Assembly: GCF_964213995.1 (NCBI RefSeq)
Contig: NC_135810.1
Coordinates: 67,952,001-68,016,000, forward strand
Reading direction: 5' to 3'
Length of the DNA: 64,000 nt
DNA from: Mustelus asterias
Taxonomy: Eukaryota
Below, piece after piece: positions 35,800 to 48,323 of this stretch (its first letter is position 1; every line of letters starts with the position of its first letter). The translations under genes were made by a program, and so were the position numbers. The notes under the pieces are model-generated. The model saw only the letters and a list, made by a program, of their open reading frames with translations. It had not been told where the DNA came from and did not search any database.

Positions 35800-38760
35800 C
35801 AGATTTGGGAACAGTAGGCATAATCTTGTCTGAAACCTCTGTTGGAGTCATTGTGTGAGGGATAGTCCCATAAACGAATAGAAATCGCGCCAGTTTGGTC
35901 TACATGGATGCTGCAGATTGCTTCTTCATGCCAAGCTTCAAAGTCTCCACCACCTGTTCAGCCATCCAGTTTGAAGACTGATGATAGGGTGCTGTCCTAA
36001 CGCGTTTGATTCCATGGAAAGTATGAAGGTCCGAAACTCGGTGCTAGTAAAGTGCCACTGTTAGAGACCAGGACTTCAGGTATCCTGTGCATGCAGAAAC
36101 TTTGTCATAGTTTCTCAATGGTAGCATGGGAAGCGGTGGAGCTCATGCAATACATCTCCAACTACTTGGAATGTGTGTCAACCATAATTATGAACATGGA
36201 ACCCATAAAGTGCCTGGTAAGGTTTACATGCACTCGCACCCAGGGCCAACCAGGCCACTCGCACGGATGTAGAAAGGCAGAGAAGGGGAGATTTTGGTTT
36301 TCCTGGCATAACTCACACTGTCTGACCAAGTCTGTAATGTCTGCACCACCATGCGTAACTCCTGGCTGGCATTTTACTTTTGAAATGCCAGAGTGGCCAT
36401 GGTGTAATTCCATAAGAATTGGATATCACTCTGGGTGACAAACAACTACGTGGGAACCCCAGAGGATAATCCCATCCTCAACACTGTGTTGTCTTTCTTT
36501 GTCAGATAAAGTTTCATTTCATCCAAGGGCTGCCCTCTGAATCCCCCATGTAATGTAATATGTTTTAATTTAGATAGGATCGGGTCCTTTTGCATCTAGC
36601 CTTGATTTGCCTTGCAGAAACCAGCAGGGTGTCCAAAAATTGAGGGTCATCATGACCTCTTCCACAGCTGGTAACAAAGCCAAGCTTGTGGGCAACATCA
36701 GACAACTCAGTGCATTGGGCGTTAGCTATCTGGGTCCTGGTGCAGTACACTAGGAGGTATTCATAAGCTGCCAGTAACAAGGCCCAATGATGTATCTGGG
36801 TGGAGGCAATGGGGGGTATTGCCTTGTCGTCTTTACAAAGTCCCAGCAACGGTTTATGATCAGTTACTGCATTCCCATGCAATCAAAACAAAATTGGTCT
36901 GGATTTGTAGTGGCAGGGCATCTAACAACACCTGCTGATTGCTAGACTTGTCCTTGCACATTTGTAAAACTTGCATTTAGAGAGCACTTTTCATGACCAT
37001 CAGAGGCCCCAAAATGCTTTACAGCTATTGAAATCCTTATGAGGTGTAGTTGCCGTTTTAATGTAGGAAACACAGCAGGCAGTATGCACACAAAAGCTCC
37101 CGCAAGCAGTGATATGCAGTAGGGGTGTTGGTTTTCACAGTGCAGTCTGTGGTAGATTACAGACCACCAATTCTGAAAGTTATGGTCTGTCTCAGAGGAG
37201 TAACGACAAATGAACACTGACAGTTTAATCCTCAAAAACCCTGCAAAGTCCAGACCACTGTGAAGAGTAACCGGGAAGAAAATGTAAATTAAAGTAGGCG
37301 AAGACAACTGCCAACCCCTCTTTCTCGATTTGGGAATACCTCCGTTCAGTGTCCAAGAGGGTCCAAGATGTATACGCAATAGGCTTATCTGTTCGAGCTT
37401 TCCAGCGGTGTGCCAACACTGCCCCAACTCCGTAAGGGGGGAGCACCACATGCCAGGATGTGGTCCTTTGTGGCTCAAAATGGGCCAATACATTAGAGGA
37501 CAAAATCCACTGTTTAACACTGTTGAAAGTCTCCAGCTGCACCCACCCCTCCCCCCAGACCATCTTTGATGTTTCTGCAGCAGGGCATGTAAGAGGGCCA
37601 GTAAGGAAACCAAATTCGTAATAAATTTCCCGTAATAATTCACTAACCCCAGGAAGAATTTCAATTCTGTGCAGTTCCTTAGAGTTGGCACCTCCTTAAT
37701 GGTCCTTACTTTATCCTCCACTGGATGAAGGTCCTTGCCATCACACAATAGCCCAAATAGGTCTCGGCATTTGCTTGGAAGACACATTTTTCTCTTTTCA
37801 AGCGTACCTCGACCTCCAAGAATCGCTTTAAGACCTCTTCCAGGTTTTCTAGATGTTTGCTTTCCAAGGTACTTGTGACTAAGACGCAGCTCAGATACAC
37901 TGCTACCTGAGGTAACCCTTGAAGTATATTCTCCTTGACCAGTAGAAAAATGATGAATGCGGACGAGTCCTCAAAGGGCAGGCGAGTGTACACATATAGG
38001 CCTTTGTGCGTATTAATTGTCACATACATCCGAGAAGGCTCGTCTAATTCAAGTTGGTGATATGCCTGGCTCATGTCCAACTGAGAGAATACTTGGCCAC
38101 CAGTTAACCTGACGTACAGGTCTGCAATCTGGGGAATGGGGTATTTGTCAAGTTTAGAAATCTGATTGACAGTAAGCTTGTAGTCTCCACAAAATCGGAC
38201 TGGCTTATCCAGCTTGAAAACAGGAACAACAGTGCAGCCCTCTCTGCGAATTGTATGGCCTTATTATGCCCAGGTTTTTCCAGGCATTCTAGTTCCAACT
38301 CTGCTTTTCCAATAGGGCATATGGAACTGGTGTCGCTCTAAAATACTTAGGCAAAGCATTGGAGTTGATGTAGATCTTAGCTTTGGCTCCCCTTATTTTT
38401 CCAAGTCCTTCCTGGAAAACTTCAGGGTACTTGTTGATGACTTCATTCAGTCCCCCCACACCCAGCCTAAAGACATCCAGCCAGTTCAATCTGATTTGCT
38501 GGAGTCAATCTCTCCCCAGAAGGCAAGGATTTTGACCCCATGTAATAATGAGTGGAAGTCGAGTTGACTGCTGCCTGTAAGTCACTTGGGTCGCCGTGGT
38601 GCCCTTTATCTGTACTGGTTCCCCTGTGTACGTGGCCAGCCTGACCCTTGTGTCTTCTCAGCTCAGAACCTGAATACCAGCCTGGAAGCAATCATAAGCC
38701 TGCTCCCCGATAACAGAGACCTCAGCTTTCTTGCATTCCAAATTGTGTTCTGCCAATACT
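35800..38760 (-). mobile_element. Decayed Gypsy/Ty3 LTR retrotransposon pol (RT, RNase H, integrase)
   Basis: YPEVFQEGLGKIRG, DMSQAYHQLELDE..TINTHKGLY.YTRLPF, FLGLVNYYGKF, YGVGAVL..PIAY.S..ERRYSQIEKEGLAVVF, TDHKPLLGL, LH.GH.G..CELCQ and PW.RVHV..MVDTHSK. Many frameshifts. Confidence 0.92.
36965..37115 (-). mobile_element. DeuSINE (AmnSINE1/SacSINE1-like) 3' fragment
   Basis: The minus strand reads gcttgcgggagcttttgtgtgcatactgcctgctgtgtttcctacattaaaacggcaactacacct..gctgtaaagcattttggg..aaatgcaagt, resembling the DeuSINE 3' region as I recall it. Confidence 0.55.
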
Positions 38761-38974
38761 TTTTTTGGACTGTCACTTTGTTAATTCCTTAGACCAGTCT
38801 ATCCCACAACATGTTGTTCAGGGGTATCCTCTAATTTATTGACCCATTTTGACCCAAGAAGGGCCACATCCTGACAAGTTATGCCTTCCCTTACGGAATT
38901 GGGCACCTTAGGGTATATATATTGACCTTGATGACGAATCGTGCAGAATTATAGAATACGGAATCCTACAATGT

Positions 38975-39290
38975 TAAGTTATGTGGACAGGTTTAATAAA
39001 CCTGGCTTGCATTCAGTTTAGGTAAGAATGTTGAGTGATGATCTAATAATGTGTTTAACTTAATACATAGATTCAATAGGGTACAGCAAAGCTATTTTCT
39101 GTCTTGGAATCTGAGACTGGAGCTAGGTGAGTTAGAAATGAAAGTAAAAATTATTTTACATGAAGGGTAATGGAAATCTGGAACTCACTTTCTGAAAAGG
39201 CTGTGGAATCTGAGCCAAATTAAATTAGCAAGACTGCAATATATAGATTTTTGCTGGGTAAGGGACATGAAAAGAAATGGGTGAACTGGG
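38975..39290 (+). mobile_element. Highly degenerate CR1 3' fragment
   Basis: Recognisable ..ggaaatctggaactcact..aaaaggctgtgga..gatttttgctgggtaaggg. Confidence 0.55.
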
Positions 39291-40884
39291 CTGCCAGGAC
39301 CCATAAGGCAAGTTTTGGACTACTCTTCACTTTGCATTTACTTGGCCGCCAGCAGGCATTTCCTGCCCACGTTCTACTTGGAACAAGTTAAGATAGCTCA
39401 AGCCTGGTTTCTGCAGCAGCTGGTAAGTTTCTCATTCACTTTACCACCCACCCACCCAAACATGTCTGGAGTTAAAATTAGGGCTCAAGTGTTAACATCA
39501 AAGATTTTTAACTAAGGTTCTGATGTAAAGTCTTTTCCACTTTACCCCACTCCTTCCACATCACCTCCCAAACTGGTGACTCCTACCAGCTAGAAGGACC
39601 ACCCCCACCAATCATCCTGACTTGGAGATGTATTGCCATTCCTTCATCATTGCTGGTTCAAAATCCTGAAACTGTGGGCATACCTTCACCACACACATTG
39701 CAATGTTTCAAGAAGGCAGTTCGCCCCACCATCACCTTCTCAAAGGCCACTTCTCAAAGGAGTGGGCAATAAATGCTGGACTTACTGATACCCACATCCC
39801 ATGAATGAATAAAATACACTTCAAACGAGTGCCGACTATACCATTTTCATCTTCTACATTACCAATTTTATGGGGTTATTGAGGTTATTATTATTGAGGT
39901 TATTCACTGTGGCCAGAATTTCCTGAAATGGCAAAACTGACAAATTGCACCAAAATTTACAGTTATCATCCCATCAGTGTTCTGTACTGAAATTTCCAAA
40001 GAGGTTAATTAGCATATACCAGAATGTGAAAAACAGAGTAAAATGAAGGGAAATCATGGCAATCAATCAGGACCTGAGGAAAGAGTCAAACTGACACCTT
40101 ACTCTTTCTTCAAATTCTTCTTAATGCATTTAAATTAAAATTTAAAAGCCATCAAACCATCAGTTATGCTTCGACACAATTTTTAATGTGACTCATTTTT
40201 GTATCTTGAAGATGCATTCAACATTAGCAAAAATGCTCCTTAAGCCTCAGTGAGAAGAAAATTGTTCTGCTGTGCCTACAATTTCAGATATACAGCTTAA
40301 TCAGAGCTGGTGTATTTCAACAGAGGTTTTACTGAATCAGTATAAAAAATGGATGAAATTTGAGTGTAATGTGAAAAGGGACTTCAGTCAGTTGCATCCA
40401 AATTTTGTTGAATTCCGTGTCAAAGTTGGTATTATATCACAATTACACTGTTTACTTAGTTCAAATTTACAGGACATTCCATGCTTTTGTGACAAATGAG
40501 GGAACAGTTTTAAGATGTGGCACCATGGATACTGCAGAATGATCTGCAAGCATAGGTCATGTAGTGTAGGGCACTGAGCAGGTGTTGATGGCTCAGAAAA
40601 ATTGGAAGGTCTTTTTCAGATGCTGTAGCGGGGGGGGGGGGGGGGGGGAGTGGGGGGGCATTAGAGATATTTAGTGTTTGATGCAGCCAGCCTCTCCATG
40701 AAGCACTAAATCTCCCTATATCACAGCACACCCCTTCCCATCACTAAACCACTAGTCAGCCCTTCAAGCCCCTACATGCTGAAATATTTCAATTCCTCCA
40801 CTCGCCACCCAAGCCACTTTACTGCCTTGCATTCCACATTGTACTCTTCCACCCATCATGAACTCAAACTGTAAAGCTTTATCA

Positions 40885-41200
40885 TTCAATTTTCTTTCCT
40901 TTTCTTATATCCACTGTACCCAAATTCTCCCCTCTTATCTCCCCCTCATTCCTTCCTTCCTTTCCTCACTCTTAACCATTGACCATCTTCACACATTCCT
41001 TCATGCCACCTCTCCCCTCCACTTTTGCCTTCTCTTCCCTCTACTTTTGCCCTCTCTTCCCATCTGTTCCCTCCCTTTTTTTTGCTCTTCACAGTCTCCT
41101 TCATCCTTCTTGTCTGCCTCCATTCTCTCCTCCCTCTCCCACTTCTCCCACCCCTACTTTGGTCTAATTCTCCTTCTGCTTCTAATCCTGCTTGCCCTAA
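40885..41200 (+). repeat. Pyrimidine-rich low-complexity tract
   Basis: A C/T-dominated strand; a similar tract lies at 50060-50260. Confidence 0.8.
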
Positions 41201-42340
41201 ATATCACATGAACTTGATTCCCCATATGCAATTTCACAGCAGATCAACCAGTATATTTATATAATTCATTTCTATTGAACCTTGAAATAGATTGTTCAAT
41301 TATGCTTTGGTGTCTTTTTGCAAAGCTGTAATGGCTCACATCTGGATGTCATGATTTTGAACTTTATTTAGATCATGAAAATCTATTTGAAACATAGTTG
41401 GTTAGGAAAGTAATCATTTTGTTATGGAACTGAAGATATTGAAGCAGGTGTTATTGTTTAGAGGCTGGCCTATGCTCTGCAATAGAAATTGCTGTCAATC
41501 CTAGAGTCTTGTATAATAGACTAGAGGTCAATAATATTAGCAACTAAATGCACAGCTCAGGAGTCCCACTTTAACAGTAGGACTTTGTAACATTTCAGCA
41601 AATAAAAGCTTTTTTTCAGGATTCATTGCAAAAAAAAGGAGAGCTTTTATAAATTGTGAATGCTCCATGCATATGATTTAACTCACTAATGCAAAATAAT
41701 ATATGGGCGTTACAAATATAATGTGCTTTACTTGGTATCAAGTGAAAATTGTCATAATGAGCGGAGTGTATTAAGTCTTTATATTTATTGCCTGTGTTAC
41801 AATCTCTGTCGGGACCAATAACCTTTAAAAAGAGCTCAGAACTTCCAGTTATTTGATGAAACAATAACCTGACAAGATTTCATGTTTTAAAACTTTTGGT
41901 GTAATGAATAATTTTAAAACGTGATTGACTAAACACTATGCCCAGAATTTTTCAGTCCCGTCGTCGGGGAGCCGCTCAAATGTGCGTTGATTTCGGCAGG
42001 ACCAGATGATCCCTCTGGAAAATTCCAGCCTATTTTCTTTTTATAGGTAACCCACTACAGAAAAATGGCATTTCCCTTGTGTATCACTCATCACTCTATC
42101 CACAGAGTTACAGCGCTATTAGCAAAAAGTCCACACTTTTTGGAATTTCAATGATCTACCAGCAGCAGTAAACCCTGTTTCAATGATTCTTCTCCCTACT
42201 GGCCATGCTAGAACAAATCTCCATGGAGAAGGACAATTAGACCAAGGCAGGGGAGGGGGAAGTCCAAGAGAAGGAAGAGAATGGAAGCAGAGAAGAGAGA
42301 TGAAGGAGACTGTGAAGATCAAAAAAAGGGAACGAGCAGA

Positions 42341-42492
42341 TCATAGATCATAGAACCATAGAATCACTACAGTGCAGAAGGCGGTCATTCAGCCCATCGA
42401 GCCTGCACCAACAACAATCCCACTCTGCCCCTACCCCGTAACCCCACATATTTACCCAGCTAATCCCCCCCGCCACTAAGGGACAATTTAAC
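42341..42492 (-). mobile_element. HE1-like SINE 3' fragment
   Basis: (tcataga)n tail and cagtgcagaagg..ggtcattcagcccatcgag. Confidence 0.85.
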
Positions 42493-44079
42493 AGCTGGGA
42501 AGATTGGACGAAGGCATCTTTTCTGTTCAAAATACCTAGAGCCTGACAAGTCTATTCTCTGCTAGCAAAGCTGTTCTGGTCCTTTATCTCAAGTGTGAGA
42601 ATTTCGTATCTTGCTCAGCAAATTCCTTGATTTATTTTTGTTCTCATAGTGACTAATCAACCTTGTTATCAAGCAGCATCACCCCTTTTTTGCTCCACTT
42701 TACCTAAAATTTAACATACAAATTAAAACAGAACTATCTTATAAACCTCAATATTGCAGCATCCAAACTTGTACATTTTAAACACTGTGGTGCACACTCA
42801 TAATCACAGTATAATCTCCAATATTTCTCTGGAGATACTTGTTCTCCCCAACAACCTTTGACTCTCTAATTAATGAATTATGGCAAAAGCTGAGGGCAGA
42901 CAAAATCTGTCTCGATTTATCCGCCCTCTTTCTGGAAAGGTCAGCTTTTAACTGTCAGATAAATCAATATGTGAATGACAGGTTTAATCCAGATTCTTAA
43001 AGATAGCTATCTGGATAAATTCACACTTTAGATTTGGGCATTCATTAACATGAACCTGATCAAAATCTGAATCCTTTTTCAAGATGCTAGTCTGGTGGGG
43101 AGAAGATGACTTTTTCACAAACATCTGTGTTATTCCCCTATTCACAAGACAATCATGAAACTGATGCATGAAACCCATTGGGATGCAGGAAGCTTGGCAA
43201 ATTAAATCCACAAGACCAGCAGGAATCCACTGGTTGACTTGAATCCTGTTGTCAAAACACATTTATTACCCTCCAGTCTCCAGAATATGATGATGCATTG
43301 AAACCTGTAGTGGAAAATCAAAACTCTCTCAAATTTTGCAGTGGCATTTACTGAAAGCAAACTATATTGCAAAATCTCTGAATCTGTATATCAGCAAATT
43401 AATCATAATCGGATAGTATGGATTACATTTAGATTTAGCAAACAATTCAATGCTCAGCATTTGATTTTTCACTCTTGAAATGCAAATTGTGTTCTTTCTG
43501 AACTAACATATTAGGACTTATTTTTTAACAATTAAAAATCTTTAGTACTTTTAAGGTTCTTATTTCCTTTATAATTATGCTTCAGAAGCTCAGTAAATTG
43601 TTTTATTATGTCCCTTTGTGAATAGTGTGATTGTTGTTCTGCTGTGATGACAGTTCAATTGCCTTTCTGTGTTTCCAGTGTAATTTCAGCTTGACTTTAA
43701 ATGTCACTAGCCAGGTTTTCACATCATTAGAACAACAGTATGTCTATTGTAAAAAATAGAGATAATAGTGAGTGAGTTTATGATTGTGAGTTAACCTGGA
43801 GGTTTATAGAATTTCCATAAAAAGTCCCTCAATTTTGTTCACACAATATATGATTAGAAACTAATGGCATTCTTAATGACCATAATTCTATAATGTTATA
43901 TGCTGACCATTGGAAGGAGAATAAAGTTGAAAGGTATACTTTTCAAGCCATGATTTTATTGAAGGACGCATCAGGTTTGAGGGGCTGAATAGCCTACTTC
44001 TGCTTCTAATTCGTATGTTCATATACTTGAATATAGTATCTTTTTTTTAAACTTGCAGAAGTATAGACGCAAATCTAAA

Positions 44080-44127
44080 TCTTGAACGGGTTGCAGGAGA
44101 ACTTCTTGAACGGGTTGCAGGAGAACT
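44080..44127. repeat. Perfect 24-bp tandem duplication
   Basis: tcttgaacgggttgcaggagaact occurs twice in tandem. Confidence 0.97.
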
Positions 44128-45518
44128 TTTTGAGCCCTATATTAATTATGTTCTTTAAACATTAATTATGGCAATTCTGCAATAGACAAGAAATTAAGCT
44201 AATTGTCAGCAGGTCAGTTGACAAGTATTCTTTAATTTATTTCATCTACATGCCCTTTATTTCAAAATAAGTTCCACATCTACACCACACATGCCATAAA
44301 GGTACACTTATTTCAATCGTTACTATAAAGGTATGACCAAAAATACTTGTCATTTAGAAAAAAAAATTGCAGATAAGTTAGTTGTTTTTGTACTATATTG
44401 TAATTGCAATACTCATGAGCATATTTCCATGCCATTCTAATCACTAATTGCTTTGTAATTGTTCACTTCTACTTTTGTTCTGTTGATAATGCCTCTAGAC
44501 AGTCTGATACACATTAATCCATCGCTTTAGATATTGTAAAATAATTCTTAATTACAAGCATCTTAGATAAATCTTTGTACTAATGGCAAAAGTTATCATC
44601 TAATCCAAATTCTATATGAAGTGAGATGAATCCTATTAATGAACAAAGCAAATGCTCCCCGCAAACTTTGTTTATTCTGTAGATAATACCTCTAGTTTTA
44701 ATTGTGATCCAAAAATTCACATGGCGTACTTTTCAGTCTTTACTTCAACCTCTCTATTCTTTTTCTAAATGCGGAAACACACGATTAAGAAACCTTCAGC
44801 GGCTTCAGAGGGGCCAAATACAAAGTCAAGCTAGTAATTTAAAACAAAGGTGTTTCTGGAGGTGTGATGATGCTTTACCTAAAAACAGATAGTTATTTAA
44901 AGTTTAAAATATTCTCTGTAATCTACTCAGTAGTAATAATGAAAAAGGCTGGTAAAGAAATTGAAAGAACCATAATACTCTTCACTACACTTAGACACTA
45001 GGATAAATCAGAAATTTATAACCACTTGAAACTCCAAATGGTAAAAATAGTAACAGCGCAAAATTCCAAAAACAAGCCTCAGGAGTCATAGGATATTAAT
45101 TATCATGCAATCATTGTTTTATGTTTTGTAATATCTGAATCTATCAGTTAGATTGCAGCATTGTAACCCCCTAGGGTATCGATTATTCTACTTCTAAATA
45201 AAATTTATTTTTCTTCTTTGTAAATGTTAACCACTTTAAAGTGTTAGTAATAGGTGCAATGTATGCCAGGTTTTATATTTTTATATTATTGCTTTAATTC
45301 AACAAATAGAAATCCAAGTTTTGTAAAACGAAAGGCAATTTTTCAATTTCCTGTGAGTTGACTGTGATATTTGTGTGCAAACAATATTCATGTTGATGTG
45401 TAAGTGCACAGTTCACAAAGGGCAAATAAATACCCATGGATCGCAACATATAAGTTGACCTGACGTACAAGGTTTTTTGGTGCCACAAATCATGCTTTTA
45501 CATATACTTGATATAAAC

Positions 45519-46471
45519 TGTTACGGCCATGTGAGATGGGGTAAAAATGACTCTCCTATTATATCAAGGATGTGCTTTTCTAATGTTCAGGTGTACTACT
45601 ATGTACGCTTTCAAATTATAAAGAATTAGCAAGCCATGTTTGCCGAGTTTAAACATAGAACAAGATAAGTTTATTGAAACAAAAACAGAAAAGTGCTTGA
45701 AAATCTCAGCAGGTCTGATAGCATCTGTGGAGAGTGAATAGAGCTAAAGTTTTGAGTCTGGATGACCCTTCATCAGAGCTGAGTTTATTGACACTACTTA
45801 CAGAATTAAAAACATACATCACACATGTTCCCTCAGCCCATTCACACATACACATGTGTACGCACATACACGCACACACAATAAATATGGTAGAATAAGA
45901 GGATAGGTTTAAAGATGTCTTGTAGTTTGTGAAGAAGATAAACAATCACATTAATATACAGTTAATTGTCCTTTGGCTAGTCTCAATGTTATGATTCCAC
46001 ATTGCAGCCATTTTGTTCAGTTGTCTTCCTCGGTGTAGTTGTATGGAGCTGATTTCCACATTTTATTCTCAAAGGATATCAGTTTGCAGATTTCTCTTCT
46101 CAGGAAATATCTTGCACATTCTGGTGTAAAATCTTTGAGAAGGAGAAACAGCTTCTTGCAGTTTTTCATTAGAGCATTTTGATTTATCCTTGTGTTATCT
46201 CTGACTTGGTAAAAGAAGTCTTAAAATCCCCGCCAGTTGTATATTCTAGAAGAATTTGATTACCATGCCTGCTGTAGTCATTATTTGTAGAACAGGTAAT
46301 TGTATTCTGAAATGCATGTTTTACATACCATATACCAGTGCTAGGCAATCTAGGCTTGTGAGTGGGCCACGTGAATGGCCCTCCACCTCAGGCGGCTGCA
46401 TGATTGAAACTAGGCATAACCATGTCTAACCATGACCCCAAGAATAATATTGAATACAATATTTTGTAACA
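45519..46471. mobile_element. Probable solo LTR inside the pogo element
   Basis: TGTTAC...GTAACA termini, with AATAAA on the minus strand at ~45670-45675. No clear TSD. Confidence 0.5.
45678..45781 (-). mobile_element. 104-bp Penelope pLTR fragment consisting of a hammerhead motif plus 3' end; 10-bp TSD
   Basis: Minus strand: agct-CTGATGA-aGGGTC-atcca-GACTC-AAAAC-tttagct..ctccacagatgct..gacctgctgag. AGTTTATTGA occurs at 45668-45677 and 45782-45791. Confidence 0.82.
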
Positions 46472-46797
46472 AGTTATAGAAAATGCTTAATCATTTAAAT
46501 ATTAATAGAACCTTCAACTTCAAATGGTATAAACAAAATAAGTACTTACATTTGATTGGACACAGAGCGAGCACATGGTTCGCATACCTCACTTCATGTA
46601 CCGTTTCTTTATGTGTGTACCGCATTAGTCATATGATAGAAAAAGACTACGCTGACGGAAACTAGCAGAATCTGGCAACCCTGCACTTGGGCAATGTTCA
46701 ACAAAATGTCTTGTGGTCTGGACTCAGAAGTCTGATAGTCCACATGCAGCCCACAGATCACAGGTTGCCCGCCACTACCTTATATTGTAGGCTGCAA

Positions 46798-47134
46798 CAT
46801 AGAAACCCTACAGCACAGAAAGAGGCCATTCGGCCCATCGAGTCTGCACCGACCACAATCCCACCCAGGCCTTACCCCCATACCCCTACATATTTTTACC
46901 CACTAATCCCTCTAACCTACGCATCTCAGGACACTAAGGGCAATTTTAGCATGGCCAATCAACCTAACCCGCACATCTTTGGACTGTGGGAGGAAACCGG
47001 AGCACCCCGAGGAAACCCACGCAGACATGAGGAGAATGTGCAAACTCCACACAGACAGTGACCCAAGCCGGGAATCGAACCCAGGTCTCTGGAGCTGTGA
47101 AGCAGCAGTGCTAACCACTGCTATCATGCCGCCC
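46798..47134 (-). mobile_element. HE1-like SINE
   Basis: Full head, V-domain and tail. Confidence 0.93.
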
Positions 47135-47569
47135 TCATCTCTTATTGCCTGCTTGACAGTTCAAGCAGGCAATAAGGGATGTGTTGCACAGAAAACGCAT
47201 GGGAGTTTAAGACACACTCAGACAGAACAGAATGCCAATGACATGGCAAATGATAGACAGAACACCAGCAAAAAGAATGAAGTACTAAGCTGCTTTCAAG
47301 CTAAAAGTCATCGCATTGGCCAACTGATCATATAACTGTTGCAGCAAGAGAATTCAGCGTTAGTGAAAAATTGGTGCGAAGATGGAAGAAATTCACTCTG
47401 AAGAAGATGCCCAAAACCACATACATTGTCAGAACAGAGACCAGTCACTGACCTGATCTGCAGAAATGTTTTTCAGAATGGGTCTTCATACATTGTCAGA
47501 ATGGTTGTACTGACATCAGAAATACAATGCGTATATATGTGCTTAAGGGGGCCAAATCAGCCCTAAGTC

Positions 47570-48205
47570 TAGCATTATAGGAAGGATGTGATTGCACTGG
47601 AGGGGGTGTAAATGAGATTCTCCAGGATGTTGCCTGGGATGGAACATTTAAGTTAGGAAGAAATGTTGGGTAGGCTTGGGTTGTTTTTGTTGGAGCAGAG
47701 AAGACTGAGGGGTGACCTGATTGAGGTGTATAAGATTATGAGGGGTGTGGACAGACTGGATAGGGAGCTACTGTTGCCCTTATTTGAAGATCTGTAATGC
47801 GCTACCTGGGAGGGTGGCAGAGGTGAGTTACCTCACATCCTTTAATTAGTACGTGGATGAGCACTTGGCACGTCATAACATTCAAAGCTTTGGTTCACAG
47901 TGTTAGTAGCCTATGTAGCTGATGCAATTAAATTAAAGCCTATGAAAGTTTTCCCAACAGGTCATTTTTGTGCATGTTCATGACAACAGTTGTCTGTATG
48001 AGAATGCAGCAAAATTATGAGGGGATACAAGTTCAAGCTGAGGGACAGGAGGTTTAGTGGGGATGTGAGGGAAACCTTTTTTAACCAGAGGGTGGTGATG
48101 GTCTGTAATGCGCTGCCTGGGAGGGTGGTAGAGGTGAGTTACCTCACATCCTTTAAATAGTCCCTTCATGAGCACTTGGCACGTCATAACATTCAAAGCT
48201 ATGGT
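47570..48205 (+). mobile_element. CR1 3' fragment, rearranged by a local duplication
   Basis: YRKDVIALEGV..FSRMLPGME..RRLRGDLIEVYKIMRG; RG.KFKL..FNQRVV. Confidence 0.85.
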
Positions 48206-48323
48206 TCACAGTGGTAGTACCTATGTAGCTGATGCAATTAAAGCCTATGATAATTTTCCCAACAGGTAGTTTTTGTGCATGTTCATGACAACAGTTGTAT
48301 GTATGAGAATGCAGCAAAATTAT
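47791..48323. repeat. Direct duplication of ~225 bp (47791-48018 / 48102-48323) with an 83-bp spacer
   Basis: Both copies run from tctgtaatgcgct to gcagcaaaattat, with scattered differences. Confidence 0.93.

Noticed and set aside
42984-43305. 92-aa minus-strand ORF downstream of a plausible acceptor
   Set aside because: No recognisable homology, and the frames from the acceptor hit early stops.
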